64,000 bases of DNA from Owenia fusiformis (taxonomy: Eukaryota), in assembly GCA_903813345.2 (NCBI GenBank), contig CAIIXF020000001.1:38378001-38442000 (forward strand), in the 5' to 3' direction. The position numbers and the translations under genes were made by a program. This document shows, piece by piece, positions 24,901-37,945 of this stretch. The notes below the pieces were generated by a model. That model worked only from the letters and a program-made list of their open reading frames with translations, ran no database searches and was not told the DNA's origin. The first letter of the stretch is position 1. Every line of letters begins with the position of its first letter.

Positions 24901-27588
24901 TAACAACAACCAGTATATTTACCTCCACTGCAAAAATAACCAATGAAAATAACAATGTGTCCCTTTCATCAAAAAGCACTTTAACGTAAAAAAAACACAA
25001 AACATTTCATCTAGTATATCTACTAGGCTAGTTGCAACGGTATTTTTAATTGTTGATAAATACGTATTGTGGTCTGGTTATATCTTCACGTACCGTCAAT
25101 CACCTTATTTTTTTGATTTATAAGTTCTTTATTCGCTCCAATGATAATAGCATTTCTAATTTGTTTAGAGCTTAAAAATACACTATTTACACGAGGCAGT
25201 TCAATCCCTTGTGTCATTTGTGTATAGCTATTTATCAAACCGATTATCAGTAATGTACAGTATATATGTTTAACATGTTTAGTTCAGTTTAGTGTTCCAT
25301 TCATAATTTTAAACATATAATTAATTACAATGTGACACAGAGCATATAATCTAGTACACTATACATCTCTACTACTGTTTATAATAGTAAAAAGCTGCAG
25401 ACATGAGTTGCAGTACACTTTCTTTCCAAGCACAATTTTGAACTTGAACAATTGTTTGAAAAAGTTTCTCGCTAGATCTGATTCTGTCTTTTAGACAGGT
25501 ACCGATTTCAATTCAAGCTTTGAAGCATTTTTTAGAAAAAGCAACATACCCTTTTTCCTTATTTATCAGTTTTTCATGCTGATGAAGTTTTTAAAAGATG
25601 ACTGCTCAATGGGGTGGCTTTGACACTGATTTTTAGCGTGTTTACCCCCTCGGATAAGATTTTAGGGGATACAATTATTTCATATCACAAAGGATATATC
25701 AACTATTTTTCTGATTTTTACAGCTTGATCACAGGTAGTAATCGAACAGCACTCTCCTACAAAATCCGCACATTCCGGTAAAAAGTCGTGAGATTTCGGA
25801 ATTTCTTTTGAAAACGAATGCTCTTTCTAGTAAGTTCACCGACCTAGCTTACTCTTGTGTTCGTTTCCTTGGTATCTTATTTTGCAAAGTTCGATCAAGT
25901 TCTTATTCAGTTAAACTTTGTCAAACTGCAAAATTTCAGATTGTTTGAATGTGCATCATATGTACTTTGATGTATTACTAATTAAATATTAACAAAAAGA
26001 TAAGTAAATCAAAAGTCGTATAGGTCTTGCATCTTATTGGGTGGGTAAAGCAATTGCATATATCTTTACAAACAATGGAATTAACATGAAAGTGGCAGAC
26101 ACATGTGAATATTTGTTTGTCAAACTGTGAAGAGATTGTCTAAATGTTATGGTTATGGGTAGGGCACGATTAAGTCATATCAAAATTACAAAATAATTTT
26201 AACATAATAATAGATGTAGTACAATAGCATATAGTTCGAAATTGTTGAAAGAATATTCCTTTTGAGCTGTTAGACCTGTAATATTTTGCAGTCGCTAAAA
26301 ATGAGACAAATTGCATATTTCTCTGAGACTAATGAAGATACCAGCCTTTACCTTTAGGATAAGATCCATTTATGTGCTGGAACCATATGCTGTAGACCTT
26401 TATGTGTTATGAAATAATATCATAAAATCTTATCCCATGGGGGTAAAAACGCTAAAAACCAGTGTCACGGCCACCCCGTTGAGCTGTCATCTTTTAATAT
26501 CTTATCAGTATGAAAACGGATGTAGAGAAAGTAGGTATGTTGCTCTCTCTAAAAATGCTGTTTCCAACCTTCGATCAAGTATGCAGGATATGACTGATTT
26601 CATTATTTAAATTGGATCGCTCTGATGTCACTACTAGTATTGCGTGTGGGGGAGGAAGGATGTTATATTTGCATTTGATCTTTTTTATCCAACATAAAGC
26701 TTCTCAAGTCGATTTATTCATGAGAACGATTGATATTGCATAAAGGAAAAGTACTATTTTTACAAAAGATCATACTATATATACCAAGTTGCATTAATTT
26801 CAATAGATCCCATTTTGGAACTGTAAACTCTGGAAAGAATCGAAATTATTCTACTTGTTTTGCTCAATTTGAATTTAGCCCCATTGGAACGACTGCCTTC
26901 CATGCATTCTAACACGACACATAAACTTACTTAGTCCATCTTCATCTATCACGTATGGGACTGGTAAATCCCACAAAGAATTCCTAGCACTTGAAATTGA
27001 ACGTTTCGACCTAGTTCCTTCTCTTGGTTTATTTTCCCCATGGATAGAGTTATCATCGTTGCTTTGAATATCGCCAATGTCATGATCGTACATTTCCCCG
27101 AGCACTTTATATATATTTAGACCATAATTTTCTACCTGGAAGAATAACAGCAAACGTACTTTATGGTCATTCATATTTGCATCGTATGAATAAAAACGTA
27201 CTCTAAAAGAAGGTTAAACAATATAACAAATAAATGTGTCCTTGATTTTGAAATCTTTATATCTTCCAATTCTTATGATTCTTCATTCGTACTGTAAAAC
27301 TTATGTCACAGAAAAGAAGTTACTGTCCTTGTAAGACTATGCATCTTATTGCGCTTTTGCAAATCAGCAATTAATTGATAACCAGATCATTTCATAGATG
27401 AATAGATGTTGTAATATGATTTAATGTCTTAATTAGGTGTAATATTATTATCTTATTTAACCTTTAACAAGTCAACCTACCTTTGACGATATTCTACGGT
27501 TTTTGTTCCCTTTCTTCTTGCACATGCTCTTTTGTAAATACGTAATCATGAGTATGAAAATTAATGAATGCCATAGCTTAGTGGCCAT
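9992..27588 (-). CDS. Secreted astacin-family (M12A) homologue: signal peptide-prodomain-astacin-EGF-CUB-TSP1, ~606 aa, predicted catalytically inactive
   Basis: 14 exons: 27588-27481, 27135-26931, 24661-24514, 24090-24015, 19258-19175, 17441-17308, 17158-17019, 16631-16455, 16213-16098, 14288-14149, 11168-11044, 10822-10708, 10512-10399, 10130-9992 (1821 nt, open frame, all GT-AG). Signal MATKLWHSLIFILMITYLQKSMC; furin site RSKR; astacin motifs LWDLPVPYVI, WKIDTCLDF, RPDADKY, GIPFDFGS, PSFYDKKLVNIAYC; EGF CSNGGYAHP..KCICPRGFIGTTC; CUB CGG..IIESPGY..CTWMIQAP..GFRAKY; TSP1 WAEWSQWTPCSKSCGGCGRRSRKRAC. The exon 6 donor (17308) is the least certain junction. Confidence 0.88.
14909..15370. mobile_element. 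Kolobok-like MITE (intronic)
   Basis: Perfect TIR AGCCATATAGAACAA / TTGTTCTATATGGCT with TTAA on both sides. Confidence 0.75.
18062..18378. mobile_element. piggyBac-like MITE (intronic)
   Basis: TTAA|CCCTTTCACGACG ... CGTCGGGAAAGGG|TTAA. Confidence 0.75.
18610..19102. mobile_element. Foldback-type MITE, almost fully palindromic
   Basis: Perfect ~41-bp TIR CACGCCTAACCATCGACAACGTACAGTGACAAAATATACGG. Degenerate inverted similarity continues to the centre (~18850). Confidence 0.75.
19478..19697. mobile_element. Small MITE-like inverted repeat
   Basis: AACCGATCAACTGAAGATAAAACTACACGAG vs CTCGCGTAGTTTTATCTTCAGTTAATCGGTT. Confidence 0.55.
21690..22240 (+). mobile_element. Tandem-unit repeat ending in a hairpin (possibly Helitron/HINE-like)
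   Basis: AGTCAGATTTGAACTTCTG units followed by the hairpin TGTCACCAC-TTTAG-GTGGTGACA at ~22214-22236. A related inverted end lies at ~53455-53570. The family assignment is inference. Confidence 0.45.
22708..23964 (+). mobile_element. Internally deleted pogo/Tigger-like DNA transposon
   Basis: TA|CAGTAAAACCTGT ... ACAGGTTTTACTG|TA. It retains a transposase C-terminal remnant at ~23440-23601, TSDILNALDILKDY...KKQTTMKDFFKQK*, with a PIP-box-like QxxhxxFF. Confidence 0.8.
25530..26555. mobile_element. Degenerate element with ~120-bp inverted termini
   Basis: AAAAGATGACTGCTCAATGGGGTGGCTTTGACACTGATTTTTAGCGTGTTTACCCCC (~25594-25650) vs its reverse complement at ~26439-26495. Ends are approximate. 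Confidence 0.55.
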
Positions 27589-28430
27589 CTTAAATAATTC
27601 ACTTGTACACGTTTTCTGTGTGTATTCTGTCCATTAACTTGTGGTCGATAAGTAAAGTATGAACGGCCATTACTTTTGCCATTTATGTAGTTTTAAATAG
27701 CTCTTTTATTGAAGTGTGAATACTGCTTGTTATATCGCATTTAGACAAATTGTCTACTTTTATAGTATTACTGCAAGGGATATGGTCCCTAGATTGAAAC
27801 TAGAACTTCCGTGTTGAAGGAAGAAAGGGAAAAGGGAACGCTGGGAAACCCATAATGGTTGTGCAATATAAACACATTATATTGATGTATATCAACGTAT
27901 TGCTTATATTATTTATTTATGGCCGTACAAAGTACATATTTAGTGATTTGTTGTTTATGATTAACAATAAATGTATGATTAATATTTTTCTTCCGTTTAA
28001 TTAACAACTTGTTTATTATCAACAGAGTATCACAAATAGTATATATTTATTTTGATCGTACTGTACAGTAAATCTCAGCAAATAAGTGAGTAAGGGCGTT
28101 CAGACACTAAGGTATTACACATCATCGAGCTCCCCGTTAAGCTGCTGATAATCCTAAGATTTATCCTTATATCCAAATGATTTCCGTGATATCTGAATGG
28201 TATTCATGGATTATCAATCTTTAACATATTTATTGTTTGACACAAATTAATCGTACAATGAAAATATTATGTTCCATATGGTTTTATCTAAAAGGCGAAC
28301 ATGCGAAAATTAAGGGTGGCTGTTCCCCTAAAACGACTTGTTAATAGATCTTCATTTAAACAGTTGGGCAAGATGTATCCGATTCCAGCCAATCTGAAGA
28401 CGCTATTTCACATAACTGCATTCTATTATA

Positions 28431-29502
28431 CAAGGGCCGAGCAATATATTCGCTACTTTTTGCTCTCAAATTGTTAATAATAAAGTATCTTACCTGAAAT
28501 TTTCCAAAATAATAGAAAAAACATTTTTCTGTAATATCACCAAATGTGCATTTATTTGGTAACATCCGTAATATTTTACATGGCATTGAATATTGGTTGA
28601 TAGTGACCACCGGAGCTGACATTTGTGACAATGTTTCAGAAAACAACTTTTATACAAAATGTCCTTTTTGTTAATTAAGACAGTTACTCCTCATTCCATG
28701 CCTCATTCTCAAAATAGTGTCCATCTGCAGCTATGCATTTTCTACATCGGGAAAGCCAGTCTTGATAGGCCTGTTGCAGTCCGTTTCCATTTCCATATAG
28801 GTCTTTTAGGGCCTTATGGACGGCCTCAACCACTTCTTCACGGTCACCAAACCTCTGCCCGCGTAGCTCATTCTTCAGTTTGCCGAAAATTTCAAAGTTG
28901 CACAATGCAAGGTCTGGACTGTATGGTGCATGATCAAATTTTTCAATGTTTAGAGCTGCTAATATCACTTACCTCACGGGCCCTGTGTGATGGAGCATTA
29001 TCTTGATGATATATCATATGGTTGATCAATACTGGGCGCTTTTTACGAACTGCATCCATGAAGTTCTTTCACAAGACTTCTTTCTTGATGCAACTCAGGA
29101 AGCAGAGTCTCCCCTTTGTGATGCATATGCGGATCAATTGTGACCTCTTTATTGTTTGAAAAGAACATCTATGACATCACAACCATTGTTCTGAATATTG
29201 GATCAATGTCCAGTAAACAATGTTTATAAAAATTACCCAAACTGAATGTTTTTGTTATGAGAAATGGGCATATAAAGATATTGTTGCATGTGCAATTGCA
29301 GTAAAATTATGGGCAGCTCCGGTGGCTCAATACTCCCGTTGCTATGACAACCATAATTTTATGCCATATTTGGCAATGGGCTTGAAAATGGAATCAAAAG
29401 ATGCGGAATTCTACACTCTATGTCTGTACCAAATTTCAATGGAAATAAACAAATATAAAAGAAAATAAAGCAAAAAGTAGCGAATATATTGCTCGGCCCT
29501 TG
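28431..29502 (-). mobile_element. Degenerate, internally deleted mariner (DD34D) transposon
   Basis: TA|CAAGGGCCGAGCAATATATTCGCTACTTTTTGCT TIR is perfect at both ends. Transposase remnants HQDNAPSHRA (~29008) and, after a frameshift, HAPYSPDLALCNFEIFGKLK...RCRKCIAADGHYFE (28684-28968). The third catalytic Asp appears as Asn. Confidence 0.9.
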
Positions 29503-32500
29503 TATAACCGATAACCAACTCAGCTTAACGGTTGTTAACTACTAAACGACTGTCAAGGTGATAACTGGACTCTAGTTACAGAGGAAATTGATAACTTGCC
29601 AACTTAACCCTTACACACAGTTTCATTGAAAATATGTTTTAAAGTATCTTTTGATTTTGTAGAAATTATTTTACAATGTGTGAAAAGCATTTAAGCCCAA
29701 TACAATACAAGACTTATAATGCATTGTGGAACGACCATTCCTTTCAGGCATTGTTTCCTAAAATTATAACTCGATGCTCCGCATCTCGTGCGAATTTTGT
29801 AAAGCAATCCCTTCAAGGAATAGTCCAAGACTTAAATCCTTAAATATATCATGCATTGAATTCTCAATAATAAATGTATCCCATATTCTAGCATTCCTCT
29901 TCGACTTTCGAAATGCTTTTGACTGTATGTGGCATGATGACACGTTACTTTAAGTTGCACAAGTAATTTTCCTGTTCGAATGACAAAATGTTAGTTTCTG
30001 GCGTAATCTAAGAATATGCTTTTCTTCGATATCAGAGAAAACGTGAACTTGAATGCAATATAGATTGTGAATCATTTTGACGATCTGATTTGAACTTAAT
30101 GGTCAGTAAAACAAATTGTCTTTGTGTTAAATGGCTAAACGATACTTATGCAACATATTATTCTGTGATAAAATTAATTGCATGTGCGTTAAGTAAATGC
30201 AAACATGTGTTTGATACTAAGGGCATTTCGATGTTCTGAGGCCATGTTTTATGTATTGTCCATTATAGACTCATAGAACGTCATTTTATATGGGGTGTTG
30301 GAAAATTCATCTTGTTTTATTGTGAATAGAAATGATTCTTGAAGTAAGGTTTTATGTGATATACATAAAGTAATGTTCCTCTGGTCGTATTTAGCTAATT
30401 TTGCTCTAGAATCTTTATTTTGCAATAGAGGCCCGGGAGAAGAATGATACATTTCTGAAATATTATTAATTTTGGCTAAGATATATTGACATTTGACACT
30501 GTAGCAGTTGTTATTATAGTAATTTGAAGTCGGGTTCAGCAGAGCAAATCGCAACCTCATAAATTACAAAGGAAACAGATCACTTTTTCTGATATCTCAT
30601 GTCATAAATGAGCCTGGCCATAGGAAAACCGGTTAAAATTGTGCTATAGAGCCAAAAATGTGCTCGAGATTAAGAGGAAAATGTGCTAAATTCAAAGTCT
30701 TTTGGTCTATAACTGCACAGAAAAATTGTTAAGACATAAGTCATGGATCATTTGAAAGGTCTCTATGTGCTTTTTAAGATAAACAAAAAATCGAAATATT
30801 GAAAAAATCTGTGATAAGACCCCTTTTCCTGTGGCCTGGCTCAAATAATATTCTGATTCTACATTCCGGTTTTCACTGAAGTTTTTGTCAGTTGTTGGTG
30901 TGTTTGTGTTGTGAATTGCATCACAGTCACTTAGAAAATCAGAAGAAATTGATTTAATGGTCAATAAAAAATGGTTGCAAAACATACTAATCAGAGGTCC
31001 TGAAAAGGGTAATAGTTTTTGTTGAACATCTATCGATACTGAGAGATTATAAACAGTTGCTATATATAATATCACATGTTTGGCGTTTAGGGCCCATGTA
31101 AAGTTTGAAAATATGTTTTTGATCATTCATTTTTTACCATTATTATGACTTTAAAAGTTATTTTAGAGGTGTTTGAAAAATATTTTGAAAAATGTTGTTT
31201 TCTTTCTCAAACATTCAAATTTCACTCCATTTTTCAAATAAAAGGTGTAATTTTTAATCATCAAATATTCCAAGATATACTTATTCCCATCTCATATACC
31301 CCATCTTGGTGAAAATGATGGAAATGAAAGTTTGTCATCCATTTGTTTATTACAAGGCGGGGACTAGTGTAAAGGTTACGTTCAAGTTCTCCGAAATAGG
31401 TATTACTTAGATTCACTATTCATACCTCGACGTAATATAAGAAATTGATATTAATGTTGTAATCGTTAATGACTACTTGTGTTCGACTGTGTTACTGGCC
31501 ATGTTGATTATCTCAACTTCAATCGAGAGGTAAAAAGCATCCTGCCCTTTGTTCAGCAATATCGTTGGGATGTCATACAAGACAAAGAGCTAGGTGAAAC
31601 GTATTCATATTTATACAAGTGTAACAAGATGCCATATCAAGATAAAGATGTTTCCATCAAACAAATGGAAAATGGGATTCATGTCATTGACACAAATGCA
31701 ACTCAGTTGCTGACTAAAGTAATCAAAAACATAACTAATTTATTAGTTTGGGCATTTCAATCGCGTTATGTTTAATCATAGCACGAATACAATGCCTAAA
31801 ATTGAAATTGTTTTATTTGCAAACTCGATTAACATGAGAATACATCGTTAATTAAGCTATTAGACTCTGGAGAATGTTTTGATGCAAAAATAATTAACAA
31901 GAAACGTTAGGAGAGGTGCACTCCTGATAAATAGTATTCGTAAGTTGCTAGAAATGCTCTCTTACTATTCTAGCGAACTTTATACAACATTGAGAAATTC
32001 ATTCCATTATGTCGATTTATATAATCTTGGGGGCCAACACGAGGCAGGTGCGGCAAGGTTCTCCATCAAAAGCTATGACGTTTCGCAAAAAGGTGGCGCA
32101 TTTGTTTTTTAAGGGTATCGCGTGAATGTAACTTTGATTCCCCGGATTATAAGATAATATTCTGATTAAAGTTATATATCATTTTAAAGCTGTTTCGATG
32201 AAGATTTTAGATCAACTACACTCCGTTCACATTTTTTGCGCGTTCGTTTTTAAAAAAGAGTTTTTTACCAAAACATCTGGCAAATATCCCATGTTGACAC
32301 GTTACATTTTGAATTATTTTTCGTCTTTAAACGCTCATAACTCAAACAATATATGACTATTATACTTATTTTTCGTCTTGATAAAGGTAGATGGAAGTTT
32401 TATTTCAAAGGATGAATTTTAGTAAGCGTCCCATATTGTGACGTCATAGAGTCTGAAAAATAGAATCTGTTGACAGCGACCTTTTTTGCTCATTTTTTGG

Positions 32501-33229
32501 TGCCTTCAACTTTTCAGGTGTACATTAAACAAAAAATACGAGATCAATTTTTAATAAATCATACATGATTATTTTGCTCCTAAACTCTAGTTTATTAATA
32601 AATAGTTGATTTTGTTCACAAAAGTATGTGTTTTCTGTTGTATGTGGAAAAGTGGAGGACGAAAGGTTTTCAAAATTCATTAAAATAGGGCTAATTTACG
32701 CCATTCGCCTATTTTCAAGCACAGCAACACGTATATTTATTTCACCTAAAATATCAATTGATTCGTGTTTTATGATGCTCCTAGCCCATTAACAATATAT
32801 ATATGATATCAGAGTTATTCGTCTAAAATGTTTTGAGATATAGAGGTAAATGTGGAGGACGAAAGGATTTCATGTGTGTACATTTTTTCTCAAAAACGTC
32901 ACATTCTATCATGTTAAAAGCGAGGATCCTCTGGATTACGCCACAAAATGTGTAACAATGCGTGCGCGAGCTTTTTGCGACACGTCTATACTTCCCTTCG
33001 CATTCGTTTCAATTAAACGATAGCCTCGCTCGTCTTAATAATTTTAGAACTAAACCTTTGCGCAGGGTGAAAATGAGGTGTTACATTGCTTTTATCTCAA
33101 TTTTGTTTCACATAATTGCATTTTACCCGCTTGATTTTAAATCCTTGCTACTACCTGTACTGTTAAAAAGTAAGCATAGATAGAAGACGTTTCAAGATGA
33201 TGCCAATAACGTCATTCCAAAGGGTAATG

Positions 33230-33422
33230 TAGTGAAATATTGGACCAAAGGCCGGAGGCCCAATATTTCACTATTTTGCCCGCAGAAATGACGTTATTAG
33301 TATTATTACCACCGTTTATTACCAGGGCTGAAAAGATAAAAACTAGAAACATTGGCGGGCTCAAATATCATTATTGGCCCGCCACTTTGACTTCACATAT
33401 TGCTCAGGTCAATATAGTAAAA
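33230..33422. repeat. Short palindromic dispersed repeat
   Basis: TAGTGAAATATTGG..CCAATATTTCACTA palindrome. ATATTTCACTATTTTGCCCGCAGAAATGACGTTATTAGTATTATTACCACCGTTTAT recurs at ~46369-46425. Confidence 0.55.
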
Positions 33423-34777
33423 TAAACGCCTTCAATTCTAGTACTAATACCCTAGGAACAGGCCTGACAAGGGGGTAATGATATTTGATAACGAATAGGA
33501 AAGTACTGTACATTACCCCATCTTCAAGTAAAGATATATTTTATGCCATGATAAAAGCATAGTTTGATAAAACCAATGATTTTTTAGTTCACACTTTATA
33601 GCACCGTTTATACTCATTGCAATTACCAATTTCGTATTCAAAAATTGTAAAACTCAATATTGAAAGCATAGTGCTAGTCTATAACAATATGTAATCTAAA
33701 AATGATTTGAATATTTGGAATAAATACGTAAATGAAAAATGTATACATTGGGGCAAAGGAGTCAAATATCTAGTAACATTTTGTAAGATTTTTTGTTTTC
33801 TTGATTTTTCTCACTTTTATCAATCAAATTAATATTTGGCCAGTATGCAGTGTGTAGGTTCCTGCTTCGAAATATGATTACATCTCAGATATAGTTAAAG
33901 TAATTATTTGGATATTTACAAACCTCGTTTAGGAGTAGACATTCATTTTTAGCAACGTGGAGGGTCACAATTGGTCACAATTGCACCTGAAAGTACATTA
34001 GTATAAATGTGTTTGGAGGGACTGAACTGTTTTGTGAGTCTACGTTACCCCTTTTAATACTTAGCACATTCAGAAATCATTGAAATGTACTGTATTCGTT
34101 TCATGGTTCAGAAATGTACTATCTTCGTTTCCTTTAGAAACTGTCTTTGTTCCTAAGCGAGTGAATTGCTTTGTAGTTATCCAAATATTTACATATTTCT
34201 CAGCAAACCTTATTTTTGAACTGGAACCTACGCACTACACACAGGCCAAACATTTAGTTGAAATTTGAAGGATAAAGTTGATCAAATCGCGAGAACAAAA
34301 ATGATTATGAACCTGAAGTCTAACTATGCTGAAACGAAGACATCGACTGTCTTCGTTTCCAATTGATCCCCAGTGAAAAAGTTGCTTTGGTGGTGTGAAA
34401 GCTGGCACAGATCTTAAGTTTGCATGTGATCTTTGATTTGCGGTATGAAACACTGTTCCTAATAAAAGAAAGCCATCAATTGTTAATTTGTGTCTAGAGT
34501 AATTGCATTGCAACGGTGTAGTTGCCTAATAGCGTCACATTAAGAATTCATCCGCGGGGACAAACCAGTCAAAGGGCTGCAATTACATTAAGACCCAAGA
34601 ACAAACAAGAACAAGACTTCCTTTATTTCACCCGGCTAATAAAACCCACTTTGTCCAATCATTTCTCCTCTTCCTTTATCAATTTTTCTCGTATAAACCT
34701 GAAGTAGATAACAGAAGGTAAGGAGAGACCTAGCAGGTACGAGAGCTTGGATTAAATCCTCAGATTGTAATCGATCG

Positions 34778-35311
34778 CTAACCAATTTTTAGCAGTCTAC
34801 TTCGGAAAGCGTCCACCTTGCGGCGTTGCTGAGCTGCTAGCATGTCCGATAGGATATCCAACGATCCAAGGATTGAGAGGCGAGAACGAGAAAGCGCATC
34901 TCGTTTAGATGGCGTGATTTGGTCTAAAAAGCCAGCTTCGGGACCGATTATAACGCCATCTATGTTTTCTTCATTGCTTCGCTTTCTCAAACTTTCTAAT
35001 CTCAGATTCAAGGGCCCCGCTTCCAAATTCCGCCCTTTTTGCTGAAAATATGGAGCCAGGATAGATTGTTCATGATTTAACGACTGTTCATATCTTCCTT
35101 TATCTAAATTATTTGTATCCATTTGTTGATTTGTCGATGCGTCGAGAAAGCCATTTTGTACACTGTCTAAATAATCTTGTTCTAGTAGATTCGAATTTTG
35201 TCGGATGATTTCATTTCCTAGTTGGAGGGCATCAGTGTATGCGTTCGCATCAGCATTTGAACTAAATAAAATAGCTATAGTCACTAAGTAAACGTCAATT
35301 CTCATTATCAT
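34778..35311 (-). CDS. CRH/DH44/egg-laying-hormone-type neuropeptide precursor, 177 aa
   Basis: Single-exon ORF with a signal peptide (MIMRIDVYLVTIAILFSSNADA), acidic spacer and two KR sites. The C-terminal 39-aa peptide DALSRSRLSILGSLDILSDMLAAQQRRKVDAFRSRLLKI is followed by Gly (amidation). The LSI..LD.L.DML...R..L..I-amide pattern fits the CRH/DH44/ELH family. A splice acceptor (TTTCAG) at 35322 lies 10 nt before the ATG. Confidence 0.85.
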   Translation of the reverse strand: MIMRIDVYLVTIAILFSSNADANAYTDALQLGNEIIRQNSNLLEQDYLDSVQNGFLDASTNQQMDTNNLDKGRYEQSLNHEQSILAPYFQQKGRNLEAGPLNLRLESLRKRSNEENIDGVIIGPEAGFLDQITPSKRDALSRSRLSILGSLDILSDMLAAQQRRKVDAFRSRLLKIG

Positions 35312-37029
35312 CTTGTTGAGCCTGAAAGTATATTATTCATTTTTATGTGTGTGAAAATAAAGTGGGCTATCTACGGCTTTTCATATCAAACCAAATGAAG
35401 ATCTTTTTAGATTCAACTTCTATCACTTGGTATCAGGTTACGTGAGCTTAATGGAGGTAGGTTTAATTCAAAATTGGAAGCAAGAGTTTCCGCTATACTT
35501 AATCCGTAAATTATCACACTGTTTTCTTACAGATCGGGGTATTTTGAAAGATTCCTTTATTAGTAGAAAGGGGATAATTTGGCTAACATTTCCACAATAA
35601 ATTTCGACTGAAATATTGTCTAAGAGTCTAGATTTTAAAAAAGCCATGTAAATATTGCTTTTATTTGCTAGGCTTGTTTTGGTATAATAAATACCGGCAT
35701 TGTTTTTGAAATGCATTTATTTGTGACTCAAAATGTAAGTTTTTTTTATTCCTCCCTTTTTATTTTTCTTATAGTTGCTATTTGAATTGCATATTAATGT
35801 ACTAGGTTTCCTATTCCATAAAAGGTTATTTATGAGAATTCCAGAAACCAAAACTGCGGATTTTAACAGAAATCGTATTTAGTCAAAACAATGCTTGTAT
35901 AATGTAAAATTCTTTTGGTCATTTCAACAGTAACATTCGTTTAGCGAGGTGTAGGGATAAAAAATGACCAATAATCCAAGAAAACTTACTTAAATAGAAC
36001 GTTGGATGTCAGGGGACAATTTGTGTGCACTTCGAAGAACAACCTAGACATATGTAAGTACCCTAAACCGCAAAAGATGTGAAACACATTCTGCAAGCTA
36101 AATATACTGTCCAGAATAAGCTAGGTCGGTGGACTAGCAAAATAGAGTCTTCGTTTCGCCAAACTCTGTCGATTTTTTTACTGGATCGTGCAGTGAAAAG
36201 TACTGATAACAGCGGATTTCTACCAGAGAGTGCGGTTTGATTCCTACCTGTGAAAATATTGTAAACTCATGCATGCATCTTATATTTGGAAGAAACATGG
36301 GTCTACTAATAGCATTCGAGGGTTGTCAGGTTAAGTGGAATAGCCTCGCGTTCAACGGATCTCATATCCCTTATAGTATATATCTATTATACAACCGCTC
36401 AACGAGGTGCAAGCTGTATATTATAAATTACCGGGTATTGCATGATTGTAAATGACTTTGATTGGAATGAATGACGGAGATTCACCAAGAATCGAAAAAT
36501 GAAAGAAATACTAACATTTTAATTAAAATCGACACAGAACTTACGTCTGTAAGATCTACGTTCTACTAATCATGCTGACATGAAAGTCTTTAAATAAGTC
36601 TTGAGCTTCTGAGATAATAATAATTTTACTTAATCATAGTTAACATTACTTTAAAACATTCATCGTTCATTCTTTTATCCATTTCAGCCTTGATTGCTCG
36701 ACCTGTATATGTAACTATCTAATCAGTGATCCGAATCTAAAAAATGGCAATCATTTTCACCAAAGTGTAAAGTCTAGTTGGTAAAAAATTTAATGTTTGA
36801 CTTAAAATCACTATAAAACAACGCTAGAACGCTCAATAACAATCATGAGAGATCAGCATGATATACAATTCAGGAATAGACTGGACAAAATACGATTGGA
36901 ATAGACTGGACACAATATGATTCATTTGTTTCGTGTAAATTCCTCTTCTATATTATTAAAAATTGAAAATATTGATTAACCTTTATAGCTTTGAGGAAGG
37001 CATGACAGGTACTTCCAAGAGTGATAGAT

Positions 37030-37945
37030 AATAAAAAAAAAACAGATATAATTTTTTGCCGATTTTTGTAACAAAATTATTCCATACAACTACTCTTTAT
37101 AGTGACATGACTTTTTACAATGCAGGACACCTGGAATTATTTGTAAAGCTAGGAAATGGGCCAAAAGTGAATTAAATAACTTAAAACGGGAATCCTATCG
37201 ACAGAGGTTTTAAGGTAAATGGTCCAAAAGTGGATTTCGCGAGACAGATGGACAAATCAATGTTAACTAAAATGGCTGAAAATAAAAAGACGGATATAAT
37301 TTTTTGCCGATTTTTTGTAGCAAAATTATTTCATACAACTACGCTTTAGAGTGACATGGCTTTTTACAATGCAGAACACCTGAAATTATTTGTAAATCTA
37401 GGAAATGGGCAAAAAGTGATTTCGCGAGACAAAAATGGGGACCATTTTAAAAATAGGCGAGCTTTTGAACCAGGAGTCATAGGGGTGTTTTCGGTATTGA
37501 TATTCAACACAAATATCTTAAAATGTTTACTAAGATGGCTAAAAATAAAATAAAAAACTGATATAATGTTTTGCCGATTTTTTGTCATATAGCTACTCTT
37601 TACAGTGACATAGCTTTTTACAATGCAGGACACCTGAAATTATTTGTAAAGCTAGGAAATGGTCCAAATGTGAATTTCGCGAGACAATAATGGCGACCAT
37701 TTTGAAAATTGGTGAACTTTTGAACCAGGAGTCATAGAGGAGTTTTCTGTACTGATGATGAACAAAAATATCTTAAAACGGGAATCTTATCGACAGAGGT
37801 TTTAAGCAAATGGTCCAAATCTGAATTTTGCGGGACAAAAAATGACGGGCATTTTGAAAATAGGCGAGCTTTTGAATCAGGAGTCATAGGGATTTTTCTA
37901 TATTGATGTTGAACAAAAATAATTTAAAATGGTTTTAAAACGGGC
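37030..37945 (+). repeat. Degenerate tandem array, ~265-bp period, ~3 units
   Basis: GATATAATTTTTTGCCGATTTTTTGT...TTTTTACAATGCAGGACACCTGAAATTATTTGTAAAGCTAGGAAATGG recurs at ~37045, ~37293 and ~37560. Confidence 0.7.

Noticed and set aside
30249..31775. ORFs of 98-139 aa
   Set aside because: AT-rich, partly within dispersed repeats, with no motifs or supported splice structure.
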